Source: the human T2T-CHM13v2.0 reference genome, Homo sapiens. From it: DNA of 64,000 bases. This document shows positions 1 to 12,435 of the stretch, piece after piece. The notes under the pieces are model-generated. The model did no database searches, had not been told where the DNA came from, and was given only the letters and a program-made list of their open reading frames with translations. The translations under genes were made by a program, and so were the position numbers. Position 1 is the stretch's first letter. The number at the start of each line of letters is the position of its first letter. The stretch is from assembly GCF_009914755.1 (NCBI RefSeq), contig NC_060930.1, one strand, 5' to 3'.

Positions 1-1789
1 CATTAAAAATGTTTTTATTATTTGTATTTCCATCCTATATGTTATATGATACCAAATGTCATTTAGAATTGATTCTGACATGTGAAGTCAATTAGGGAAT
101 CTAACCCTTTTCTTCAAAAATGTTTAGCCAGTTATCACAACCCCTCTTATTGAGTGATCACTCTTTCCTTAGTGGACAAAGCCCTAGATGTGGGAATTTC
201 CATCGACCTGGCTGCCAACTGTACTTTGTATTCCTTCTGCAGGGCATGGCCAGCAGTCACAGCACCAGTCTGCTGTTTCTCACACCTGAATAGGAAAGAA
301 CTTGCACTATTCCCTACTGGACAGACATTCATATTGGCAGAAAGAATATGAAAAAAAAGTGACATTTTAAATTACTTGTGCAATGAGTCCAAAAACATTA
401 TGACTAGAAATACCCAAATAATTATGGGCAGAAATAAACATAAATAAGAGGATATCAAGAGATTGCTGGAAGCCCCATTCTTATTGGTAGGAAGCAGTCA
501 GGGCATCTTCGTTCCTCTCATTAGAACTATTACGTTTCAGAATGCAAATCCTAGCTCTGGTCCTCACTGAGTGTATAGAATGGTACAATTTATTTAACTT
601 ACCTTTGCTAATTCAGCAGACATTTTTCAGCACCTGTTATGTGCAAGCTGTTTACTGGCCTGTGAGTTTTAGGTACCTTAATCATAGCCTGCATTAGACA
701 GATGTATGCCAGAGCCCTGCTCTTAGTAGAAGCTCAATACAAGATTGGATAGTTGCTGCCCACCTAACTCTTCAGACCCTCAACCAATTTAAATTGGATT
801 AAACACACACAAAAAATTCAGAAACAAGACTGGCTTGGCCTTCTATATATTTCCTTAACATTTTAGTGACACATAGAATTCCTTTCTTAAAGGGGATTAG
901 CATTCTACATAGTAAAACATTTTAATTATAAAAATTATATTTATTACATGAAGTCTGTTCTTCCCAGGCAAGGTCTAATCCACTATACATGACTCATTTT
1001 CTTGTGAGTTTTACTTTAGCCTCAGCCTTTCAAAATTTCCGAGTGAAATATCATTAATCCTGGTGATTCATGGCCTGCGCCTGGTATTTTGCAGTCTTTA
1101 GTGTGAAATCCTTCATTTAGAAAACTGCAAATGGAGGTGAGAACCTAACATATTACTTTGGAACATTAATTATGAAACATAATTACAAACACAAATGCCT
1201 ACAATGGTAATAATTTTACAGTTTGTAATTGTACCAGAAACCTCCAACTGGATGTACTTGTAACATCCTATGGTTGGATTCGTTTCAATGGATTGCAAAA
1301 GAGTGAGCCATCAGCAGGGTTCTCTGTAGATTAGTCTGATCATTAAGATCCTTGTCCTGGGTTACACATCCGAGGTAGCAGTCAACTGAGTCATTTTAGT
1401 CTAGGCCATCCAGGCCAGATTCACTTTTCCTCCCTCTTGAAGACCTGGAGGACAGTCTCTAAATGCAATCAGGCTTCATCTGTCAGTGGGCAGTGCCTAG
1501 TCCCTGAGATAGTGCCCTCCCGCAGGTTGTGGTGCAGGGTACTCGGAGGGTCAAAAACTTCTTGCTGCATTTTCTGTTTTCGCGCTGGACAGACTTGCCC
1601 AGAAGTCACCCTCTGAGAACACTGTTGGAGATCACTTCCTGGGCTTTCGAGTGAGGGAACCCCCATTGCACTCCCATCACACTCCCCATACCAGTGGGTC
1701 CTGTGTGGTCCAAAGGGGTCCCTGTCGCTCCAAACAGAAGAGAGTGTGGTGGCATCCTTATAGCATCATGTTGGGAGCCTTTGCAGAGA

Positions 1790-1945
1790 AACTGATCTGG
1801 ATTTAAACTGTAGCTCTGGCATTCTCTCCCTGTGTGGCCTTGGGCATGCATCTTAACTTGCTTCATGTGTAAAATGGGTACATCGCAGGGTGCCATGAGG
1901 ACTGGGGATGACACACATGGCCCAGCAGGAACTCAACAAATGGAA
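1790..1945 (+). mobile_element. MIR SINE fragment
   Basis: tgtgtggccttgggcatgcatcttaacttgcttcatgtgtaaaatggg resembles the MIR core. Confidence 0.6.
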
Positions 1946-1994
1946 ATTCACGTGATCGTCATTTCATATCACAGTACACAGCATTTATCTATCT

Positions 1995-2440
1995 GAGGCT
2001 TGATATTGAACACTCCTATGCTGCAGGCTCTGTGTTAGAAAAGGAAGACACAACAATGAAAGATGCAGTCTCTACCCTTGGGGAGTTTATGGTTTAGAGA
2101 GGAGAGAATTAGGAAAATGTGAAATTACCTATGAGCCAAGGCAGGCCTGAATAGTAGGGGCTCCTGAAACACTTAGGGAGCTCTTAGCCCAGCCTCAGAT
2201 AGCTGCTGAGGCAAAAACCTCCTGAGAAGCTGATGGCCATGATTTTGAAGGAGAGGCAAGAGTCTGCCCCGGGAAGGCCGAAAGAGCCCTGTCTGCAGAG
2301 GTGGTGGCACTTGCGAGGCCTTGGGGATGGGTTACAGGTGTGCATGGCTCCCAAGGACCTTGGCACAACCACACAGCTGAGTCCTTTGTATGCTGCAGTG
2401 TAAGCTGAAGACTCTGAAATGGGTGGGTTGTGAACTGTTC
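1995..2440 (-). mobile_element. L2 LINE 3' fragment
   Basis: ttgaacactcctatgctgcaggctctgtgttag...cagtctctacccttggggagtttatggtttag resembles the reverse-complemented L2 3' end. Confidence 0.55.
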
Positions 2441-4109
2441 AATAACCTATTTGATGCACTGTCCAAAGAGTTAATGAAATCTGAACAAGGAGGAAATGGG
2501 TCTCCAGGAGGAGAATAGCAGACACCACAATTCTCCAAAGAGCTTTTGAGTGGTGCTACTGGCCACGGGGAGATCAGTGCTCTAGGATCCAATAAACCTG
2601 CTCTCTCCACTGTACACACAACTTTCATGTTTATGTATCTCCCAGTCCTAGCTCCAGAGAACGTCCCATAAGAACCAGGGTGAGCCAAGAGTTTTTTATA
2701 ATGAAGTGGGAGTGGCAGCCGGTAAACAGAAAGCAGAATAGGTTTGAAAGCCTTCAGGCCAAATCAAAGAGAACAGAGAAAGAGAAAACCACAGGTCTCT
2801 GTGGGTAACTTCTGATATGACTCAAGTCTCTATCTTGTACACTGGAAATAGCAGCTTTTCTAAGAACATGATATCCTTTCTCATTTATACGGTATAATTG
2901 TTACTTTAGGGAATTGTCTTCACTCTATTTGGTTCTTGGTGGAATTTGATTTCATTATATGATCTTGTTTGTGGGTTTTGGGGCTTAAGCTGTAGACAGC
3001 ATTCACTTATTCACACAATAAAATATAGAAGTTACGCTGATAAGATTTTGCTATAATTTTTATACAAGGTAATTAAATTCCAGCCTAATGTGCCAAGACA
3101 GAACATTATTATATACATTTGGCATTTGTTTAGCCCCAGAAAATTCACTCATCCAAGAAGTCCACTGATAGTGTACCCATCTAATATAATTACCCTATTA
3201 TGCATAAAATAATGTGTTTAAAGAGTTAGGGAACCTGCTTTCTTCACTGCAGCAAGTTGTAAATTAAATGAAATCACCCTGGCTATAATATTAAAAGTAT
3301 TGAGAACATTTTTTACTCAGTCTGCTCTAACTGAGTGAAGGCAAATTTTTCAGAACGACAGAATATTGTACACATTTCTTTGGAGGTAAGAATCTTAAGA
3401 ACTTTTCATTAAAATGTTACTTAGGTTGATCTATATAACACATTCTAGGCCTCTCTAGTTGACAGCAAAGTAATACTGGTGCCTGTGTGTTGCATGTAAC
3501 TGTGGCAGTTCAGGAATCAGTTCCAATTTGCTGACCATCACAGCATTCGTTCATTGCTAGATAAGGTTTCTCGTAGCACAATTTCTTGATTGACGGTCAG
3601 TCAGACTCATCTGTTTATCTTTAAAGCCTTCCTTCCACTTGACCTTCAAAATGCCTTCTAATGCTATATATACAAATAGAAGGTGAAGAAAAATCATTTG
3701 AACCAAACAACAGAGTAATTTCAAAACTATCTTTTTCAGGTTAAAAAAAGAGCAGAAATGATTAAGAAAAGAGCAACTATACCTTAATTATCTTGGCATT
3801 GCCTACAGTGCCTTGATCATGATATACACCCAAAAAGTAGTCACTGAATAAATGAATGAATCAGTTAATCATTTAGTTAATGAAAGAAATGTCTTCACGT
3901 TTTGCAAAACAGTTTGGTTAAGTAGTTGGTGGAAGTTCTGTTTATTGACAAATGACTAGAGGAAAAGATTACTGTAGATAATCAAGAGACTAGAAATGGC
4001 TACTTTCTGTGTGTGAAAGTGTTTTCTTGCATTCAAACTCTATTTCTGAGATAGGTCTACCTATTAGTGACTGCCAGACCTCAGAGAACCTTGACTCCTC
4101 TGCAGCAGG

Positions 4110-4590
4110 ACCATAACCCTGAGTCCTAAAGGCTGGATGCTGTCCTCAGATGTGTTTGATAAACCTGTGCAATTATTTTTTGAGACTCTCAAATATTGAG
4201 AATTTTCATGTCCAAATTTCTGGCTTCTTTGGCATACTGCAATTTCTGGCAACACTAGACCCATATTCTTATGTGTCAATGAATGTCTGTGGTTAAGTAA
4301 CACCCACCCCTTCTAGATGGCATGTCTTGCCTAGTTTTCTTCATTCTCACCAGCTGCTGCTAACTCCAACATGGCAGTCTAGTGCCAATCGATGTTTATT
4401 ATCTTCTTTGCATTATTACTTCTCTTAAAGTAGGTGAATACTTCTATGGCCCCAGATTGCCTGGATAAGTACGTGTTGTCAGAAAAAATGAAAGAGAGCA
4501 AATTTTCATTTGGAAATGGGATAATCATCTCTTGCTGATTAATATGCAAATGAACCATGTGTGGGGAAAGAATACCATAAAGCTTGCTTC
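4110..4590. mobile_element. hAT-Charlie relic (Charlie4/MER102-like)
   Basis: tttctggcttct...tttctggcaacactagacccatattc...ccccttctagatggcatg resembles MER102/Charlie4. Confidence 0.45.
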
Positions 4591-4984
4591 AATAATTCAC
4601 TTTACTTGCATAATTCCTGTAAGCATTTGAATGTTAAACCCTTGCTTTACAAATATCTGTGAGGAAGGGAAGAGGAAATTGAGCCTGTTTGCAATACCAG
4701 AATCAAGTCAGAAAAAAAATAAAATGGAAAAATCTGGGAAAGTATAGACAGCAGGAGATAAAAGGAGAAAGGAAACATTTCCAACTCAAACTTCCCTTTT
4801 TTCTATATCCACTTCTTGCCAAATATTGTTTTTAATTATTCTCTCTCTTTTCATTTTCAGTTTTAATTATTCTTAAACTCTTCCCATCTTCTCCCCAGGA
4901 ATTTTTTGGCTTATCAACAGCTGGAGGTAGGATGGGCTTATAAGGAAATGAAGTCCAACACCAACAATAGTAATCATGATAACA

Positions 4985-5212
4985 ATATCTGTCATTTATT
5001 GCCCTTCTTCTCTCTGCCTGCCACCAGGTTAGGGGATTTAAATACATTAGCCTTAATCCTCTCGATAATTATTTAAGATAGCATTGCACCCCCATTCTTA
5101 TAGATGACATGACCAAAGCTTACAATGATTAAGTAATCTTCCCCAGCTAAAAAGAGCAGAACAGAGATTCAAATTAGATCCACTTGATCGCACTATGCAT
5201 GCTCTTTCCACT
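4985..5212 (-). mobile_element. MIR SINE
   Basis: ccccattcttatagatgac...ttaagtaatcttccccag...agattcaaa...tgctctttccact. Confidence 0.65.
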
Positions 5213-5548
5213 TGGACTTGCTTAATAGTTGGCTAATCATTCCAACTGGATCATTAACTCATGCTTAAAAAGATAATGACCATATCAATCTCTTTCAGAG
5301 TTCATTGATCTTGAATTAGAATTTACAAAAAAAATTCTCTTCCAATAATGTAAACCACAGTTAGTCTTTACTTTCCCAAACAAACTCATGAAAAGATTTT
5401 AAAATTTCAGAGCTTTCATTGCATAGTTTTCTAATATTTGAACATATATATTATTATATATACAGAATATTAGCTATAATAAATATATATTTCAAATATG
5501 TATATGAACATATATATCATTATATATAAAGTATATTAGCTATAATAT

Positions 5549-5936
5549 TTTATTAGTTTGTTTTCATACTGCTGTAAAGAACTGCCTGAGACTGGGTAAT
5601 TTATAAAAGAAAGATGTTTAATTGACTCATAGTTCAACATGCTGGGGTTGGCCTCAGGAATCTTACAATCATGGTGGAAGGTGAAGGGGAAGCAAGACAC
5701 CTTCTTCACAAGGCAGCAGGAAGGAGAAGTGCCAAGGGAAGGGGGAAGAGCGCCTTATAAAACCATCAGTTCTCATGAGAACTCACTCACTATCAGGAGA
5801 ACAGCATGGGGGAAACCACCCCCATGATTCAGTTACCCCCACCTGATCTCTCCCTTGACATGTGGGGATTATGGGGACTATGAGCATTACAATTCAAGAT
5901 GAGATTTGGGTGGGGACATGAAGCCTAACCATATCA
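5549..5936 (-). mobile_element. THE1 (MaLR) solo LTR, THE1B/C/D-like
   Basis: tattagtttgttttcatactgct...gagatttgggtggggaca...accatatca; 5-bp TSD aatat/aatgt. Confidence 0.9.
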
Positions 5937-5951
5937 AATGTATACAAAGTT

Positions 5952-5955
<4 letters not shown>

Positions 5956-5995
<40 letters not shown>

Positions 5996-6011
5996 CACAC
6001 ACACACACACA
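5956..6011. repeat. Compound (TG)n(TA)n(CA)n microsatellite
   Basis: Directly visible. Confidence 0.95.
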
Positions 6012-6084
6012 TATCTGCAAATTTAATCTATGTATGGGATTTAAACTATTTTCTAATGAAAATACTTATTTGTTCGTTCATTCA

Positions 6085-6240
6085 TTCAGAGCAGCAGTAT
6101 AGAGATGAAAACGGAGAGGCAAAATCTGATCCTACCATTTACTAACTACAAGGTCTTGCTCAAACTACTTGCCTATCTTTATTTCAGTCTTCTTATTTTA
6201 AATTAAGATGAAGAATGCCAGCTTTATATGAAAAATAAAT
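6085..6240 (+). mobile_element. MIR fragment
   Basis: aaatctgatcctaccatttactaact...tcagtcttcttattttaaattaagatg. Confidence 0.45.
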
Positions 6241-6939
6241 GAGTATATAGGGATATTCAGGTCATCTATTTCTTTTTGACTATGCTTGAATAGCTTGTTT
6301 GTTTCAAGAAATTTGTCCATGTCATGTAAGCTGTATTAATTGTCATAAAGTTCTTAATAACTTCTCTTATTATACTTTTAATGTGGAATCTGTAGTGGTA
6401 TCACCCCTCTCATTCCTCTAAGTGGTAATTTGTGTCTTCTCTCTTTTTTGTGATCATTTTTGCCAGAGGTTTATTAATAGTATTTACCTTCTCAAAGAAA
6501 AAGTTTTAGGTTTCATTGATTTTTCCTTATTATTCTTCTATTTTATATTTTACTAATTTCCACTCAGATATTTATTATTTTCTTTGTTCTGATTACTTTG
6601 GTTTGCATTTGCTATTCTTTTACTCATTTCTTAAGGTTGAACCTGAGGTCATTGACTTCAGACCTTTCTTCTTCTTTTCTAATAGGGATTTTAGTGCTGT
6701 TTCCTTCTAATTATTACTTTAGTAGTGGCCCACAAATTTTGATATGTTTACTCTTCACTCAGTTAAAATACTTAAAAATTTTTCTTCTTATTTGTTCTTT
6801 GACACATGGGTTTTGTTTATTTTCCATCTATTTAGGGATTTTCCTGTTACTAATGCTCATTTAATTTCATGTGGTCAGATAGCTTACCTTGTGTAACTTG
6901 AATTATATTAAATTTATTTGTTTACAAATGTATTTGTTT

Positions 6940-7556
6940 ATCTCTATTTTTAATTTTTATGGGTACCTAGTATATATGTTCAAATATTAGAAAACTATGC
7001 AATGAAAGCTCTGAAATTTTATATATATATAAAACATAGTTATACATGTTATATATATACAACATAGTTATACGTGTTATATATATACAACATAGTTATA
7101 CGTGTTATATATATACAACATAGTTATACGTGTTATATATATACAACGTAGTTATACGTGTTATATATATAACATGTATATATATAACATATATAACAGT
7201 TATACATGTTATGTGTATAACATTGTTCATAACAGTTATACATGTTCTGTGTATAACATTTATATGTTATATACATTATATATGTTATATATAACATATA
7301 TAACTATGTATAACATATATATAACTATATATGGGTTTTGTTTATATATATAATATATAATATATAGAAACAAAACCCATATATATTATATATTATTATA
7401 TATAATATATTATATATAATATAAAACATACATATATATAAACCCATATATATATATATAACCCATATATATATATGTATATATATGGGTTACATGAGAT
7501 ATTTTGATACGGGCATACAATGTGTAATAATCACATCAGGGTAAATGGGGTATCCA
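6940..7556 (-). mobile_element. Short L1MA 3'-end stub split by a ~510-bp TA-rich expansion
   Basis: ttttaatttttatgggtacctagt ... tacatgagatattttgatacgggcatacaatgtgtaataatcacatcagggtaaatggggtatcca matches the L1MA 3' terminus on both sides of the expansion. Confidence 0.8.
7021..7487. repeat. TA-rich minisatellite/low-complexity tract including 5 copies of a 28-bp unit (aacatagttatacgtgttatatatatac, 7033-7170)
   Basis: Directly visible tandem units. Confidence 0.92.
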
Positions 7557-10500
7557 AAATTCTTTTACATTTATTGAGTCTTATGAACACGAATATGTTC
7601 TATTTTCGTAAATGTTCTGGGTGTAAAGAAGATACATGTGTGATACTGTGGGTTATAGTGTTCTATAAATGTCAATTTAGGTCAATAAGTTGACAATATC
7701 ATTTAGATCAATTGATAGATAATGTCCAATTTTTCTATATGTTTACTGATTTTTTTGTATACTTGTTCTATCAGTTATTGAGAGAATGGCATTGAAATAT
7801 CTGACTATAGTTATAGATTTTTTAATTCTTTTTGCAATTCTATTAGTTTTTCTTCATATATTTTGGAGCTCTGTTATTAGGTGCATAACTCTTTAGAATT
7901 ATTATGTCCTCTTGATAAATTGACCCCCTTATCAATATAAAATGACCTTTTTTATTCGTGGTAAATTTCTGTACTCTGAAAACTACTTTGTTGACATTAA
8001 TTTAGCCATTCCAGCTTTCTTTTCAATAATGTTAGCATTATTTTATCTTTTTTCATTTTTTAATTTTAACCTATTTGTGCCTTTATATTTAAAGTATGTT
8101 TCTCGGAGGCAGCTTATAATGTTGGCTTCTCTTTTATACAATCTGGCAATGTCTGCCTTTTGATTAATTGCTTCTATTATGATTATGATGTGGTTGTTTC
8201 ATAAATGTGTTATTTTGTATTTTTATTTGTCCCATGTGTCCTGGTTCCATGTTTTTCCTTTTGTTAAAATCTTCTGTTGGGTTAAGTATTTTTTATGATT
8301 CCCTTGTATTTCATGTATTTGTTTCAAATTTTTGTTGTGTAATTTTAGTGGTTGTCTTAAAGTTTGCAGTACATATTTTTAACTTACCACACTAGAATGT
8401 CAAAAGAGATTATACCATTTTATATATAGTATAAAAACATGGAACATTTTTCCATTTTCCCTCTTAACCTTTGTGCTGTATTATAGCTTTTACTTCTATA
8501 TATTATAGATCCTACAATACATTATTACTTTTACTTTTAACAATTATCTTTTGGAGACTTAAACAATAAGAAAAAATTTTTCTATTTTCCCATATAGTTG
8601 ACATTTCTGATGCTCTTCATTCCTTTGTGTAGCTCCAGACTTTCATCTGGTGTCATTTTCCTTCTCCTTAAATAACTTCCTTTCATATTTCTTGAAGTGC
8701 AGATTGGCTGGTTATAAATTCCTTTGTATGTATGAAATGTCTTTATTTTGTGCTCCCTTTTGAAAGTGAGACACCCTACTCTGTCTCCTCAGCTTGGGAG
8801 ACCACTGGACTCTGCTGGGATCCCCTTTTTGCTATACTGACTGCAGACTTTCTCCAGGCAGTGAGCTGGGCAGTGACACCCTTCCCCCATTTGTGTCCTG
8901 CTTCTTAGGGGTGACTGCTTCCATTGTCAGATGTCCAGTGCCTTGAGAAACTATTTTATCTCTTTTACCTGTTTTTTAGTTGTTTCAGGCATAACAATTA
9001 ATCAGGTCGCTCTTGCTCCATTTTGGTCAGAGGTGGGATCTCTGGGCTCTAGATGGAACTGGATTTTCCTGAGAGTTCTTCCCAGTCCACCCAGCTAGAA
9101 CAGAGCGGCCTTCTCACTGGACACTGGGCATTTTGGTCCCAGGTCATAGAAGAGCAGCATCCTCACAGTGTGACCTCAGCTGAGCCTTCCACTGCGTACT
9201 TGGTTTCATTTTAAGTCCCCTCTCTCAAGAATTCCTAAATGTCAATTATCTGACCCACCTGGGCACTACATAGAATATTCTTATTGTTGTTGTACTGGAT
9301 TTACAAACTCTAGAAGCACATTAGAGAAAATGAAGGGACTTTGCTAAATTTTAAGCTGTTCCTTGAGCTGCCCTCAATGTTATTTTATCCTTTTAGAGTC
9401 CAAGTTTTTCCATAGTTCCCCCTAACGCAAATGCACACTCATGCTCACTCTCTCTCACGCACACACTAAGACACAAGGGAGTATTGCTCAGGCCCTCAAA
9501 GACAGATCGCCACAGGGACTTCTGTGAGACACTTTCTCAGCACATATTTTCCAGCCATAATGTCTTCCGAAATCAAAGCCAACCTAACAACAGAATTTCC
9601 CCAGTAAAATCACAGCTAATTGACTCTGAATTTGTAAACGAGGCACACATCCAAATCCATGTGGGATCTTGTTGTGACCAGCGTGTGTTTTCCAGATTCT
9701 CTAAACTCACAGAGTGAAAAGAGGGTCATCTATAACAAATCCTCTCAGTAGGAGATCCCTTCCTTTCTCCAATTTGAGAGGCCCACAGAGTAATCATTAG
9801 ACAAAGGATCGTTTGTGTCAAGTTTTAAGAAAATTTGGCCAAAGCGATTTAATCAAGCCCAACGGAAAGCTTTCTACGAGAGCCTGGGCCACCAGGAACT
9901 TTATTCTCGCCATCCGAGATAGCGGCTCAGCACCTCACATGGTAAGAGGACTATGTATTCCTTTCCCTTCGTGAAGGCTCTCAAGTTCTGACCTGGGACC
10001 TGAGAAATGTTTGAATTGGGTAACGTGAAAGGAGCTTCTAATCTACTAAACAGAACATCCATACATGTCATGTCCTGAGGATAAATGTTGGCATCTCCTG
10101 TGATTGAAGCTTAGCACTCCTGACCTCCTGAGGTGAAACTTCAATGAGCTTTAGCTCTTTCAGCCATGAGTTGTTTAGGCTTGAGCTAAGCACATTACCT
10201 GAGCTGGTTTCTGTTTCTTTATCTGTTGGTACAAAAGGGAGGTGACAATTTGCTTTCTAAGATCCTTTCCAGATCCAACAGACTTTGATTATTTTTGTTT
10301 AGGTACTGGGCAAAATTACTCTGAATATAATGCTGTTTAGTTCAGTAAATTCTAAGAAACAGACTAAAATGTGTATGACCAATATACTGGGTCCATGTGA
10401 CAACAACAACAAAATCCAGATAACTGGCAAAATCTAAGCCATTGACTTAATTCTTTATACCTTATTGAGGCTAATTCATTAATAAAACAGGTCATCCATT

Positions 10501-11689
10501 GAGATTTCATGTGACCATAAATAATGAGTGGCAGAGTTAGAATAAAGTCTAAGATAGCTCAAAGTTTTTCATCCTGTGCAAAGCTTTCACTCTATATATT
10601 ATTCCATAAAATAAAAATATGCCATATTAAAGGAAAGAGAGCTCAGAATTGAAAATATAAAACTTCCCATCACTTCAATTTATCCTGTTAGCATCTCAAA
10701 TTCAACGTTACATTAACATGGTTCATTACACTTAATGATTTCAATAGCAATAAAGACAATAGTTTTCAGAAATCACTTAGATCTTCCCATGGTCTTTAGA
10801 AAAAGATTTGGTTTACTTTCCTGCATAGATCCTTTCCAGGATTTTTAATCTAAACATGATTTCTTTGGCAATCCAAATTATGAAAATTATTAGCACAGCT
10901 AGCCACTACTGCATCCTTACAGTGATGAACAATAAGCTAATTAGGTGTGTAGTGGCATATTCTATCGGTGATTAACCAGCTGGGATGGAGTTATTTACAC
11001 CTCTGGAAGCTGTGTAAATCTTACACTTCTGAAGCTGGCAATAGAATTTTAAACTTACACTTAAAAGGCTGATAAACACTTTAAATATAAGCTTTATTGT
11101 TGTTATAAAATTTCATTTTTTATGAGATTTGCATTCCTTTCATTGATTAAATACTCATATCTTCATACATTTATATGTTTGTGTTTATGTGTATATATCT
11201 GGTCCTGTGTAGGCAGAAAACATTAAAATGTGCAGATTCAAAGGAAATGAGAATTGATGCTAAACTTTGTGGCCTTGTTAATGTTTTGGATTCAAAATCA
11301 TTTTGAAGATCTAAGGTCCCAATAGTATTTCATCTAGTAAAAATAAAACTGCGATTCCCTTAGCAACATGCTACAGTACAGGGCCCATAAAGTACATTTG
11401 AAAACCAAACGACTGTAAAGTGATCCACTATAATCAAATCTGTCTTGCTGTGCTAGATGATATGAACTGTTCTTTAATTGTTGTTTTGCAGAGATAAATA
11501 AAGCAAAACGCTAGATTCTGATTTATGTAGCATTTTACAAACCAAAATCCATTTTTAAAAAAATTTTGTATCGCATTCCCTCAGAAGCACCAGGGAGAAT
11601 TGAGGACGTCATGCTGATGACTTTTATTAGTGTGCTGACATATAAATGATGCTACCTGTGAGGAGTGGGTAGGAGAATGGGCCTAAATG

Positions 11690-12130
11690 CAATTATCTCC
11701 CACTTCATGTCCAATCCTACTCATCCATCAGTGCAGCCCCTGGCTCCTTTATAGACGGGCCCTGCCTGCCCCACCTCATTTAGCCCTCCTCCTCCTGTAG
11801 TCCTAGCAACTGTTATCCTACCTTTATTTCATCATGTAGCCAGAGTCTGCCAAATGACACCTTTTCAGTCATTGTTAGACGAGTCTTGCTATGTTTTATC
11901 TTCCAAGTGTGGGTCTCTGGGAGCTTCATAAATAGCATCCACCAGGATTCTGAATAAATTGCAAATTCGGTCACTCAACGAGAAACACTCAATGTATCAG
12001 GCACGGTGCTGGGCAGAAGGAGACCCCAGGGAATGACACGGATATAAAGGTGTGTTCTCCTGGAGCCTGTATTCCAACTGGAGGAGACAAAAGTAAACAA
12101 TAACCCGAGAGGCTGTGCAGTGACTGAGCG
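11690..12130. mobile_element. Two tail-to-tail L2 3' fragments (+ then -)
   Basis: L2-like 3' sequence ending ...tctgaataaa, followed by cactcaac...atgtatcaggcacggtgctggg. Confidence 0.45.
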
Positions 12131-12435
12131 CGGGCCCCTCCAGAGTTACTCAGTGGGGCAGGCACTGCAGGGTTGCTGAGCCGGGTCCGGGCTCCCTTAG
12201 GAGGATCTGCTGCAGTGAGATGTGCGGCCCAGAGGAGCAGAGGAAACTCTTTTCTGCACATAGGTGCTCTCAGGTGGAAAAGGGAGAAGCTGTGCCAGAT
12301 TTATCAATCAGGTGAATTAGCTCACCTCCCCTGGAAAGCAGTGAGTAAGGGGTAGAGAAGAGGAAGAAAAGGGGCTGGGAGGGTGGGCTTCCTGTCATGG
12401 AAGATTTATCAGGAGTGGAGACCTTCCTCCTGCTG

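Larger units (their letters stand above)
6248..9040 (-). mobile_element. Old L1 (L1MC/MD-like) ORF2-to-5' remnant, interrupted at ~6920-7555
   Basis: T-rich antisense L1 motifs (ttcaagaaatttgtccat, gctctgttattaggtgcata, gccattccagctttctttt) and a 5'-end-like block at 8770-9040. Confidence 0.8.

Noticed and set aside
7033-7170. Regular 28-bp repeats resembling a CRISPR array
   Set aside because: Head-to-tail units with no unique spacers, in eukaryotic DNA; a minisatellite.
6516-8395. Hydrophobic, membrane-protein-like short ORFs
   Set aside because: Compositional artefact of T-rich antisense L1 and TA repeats.
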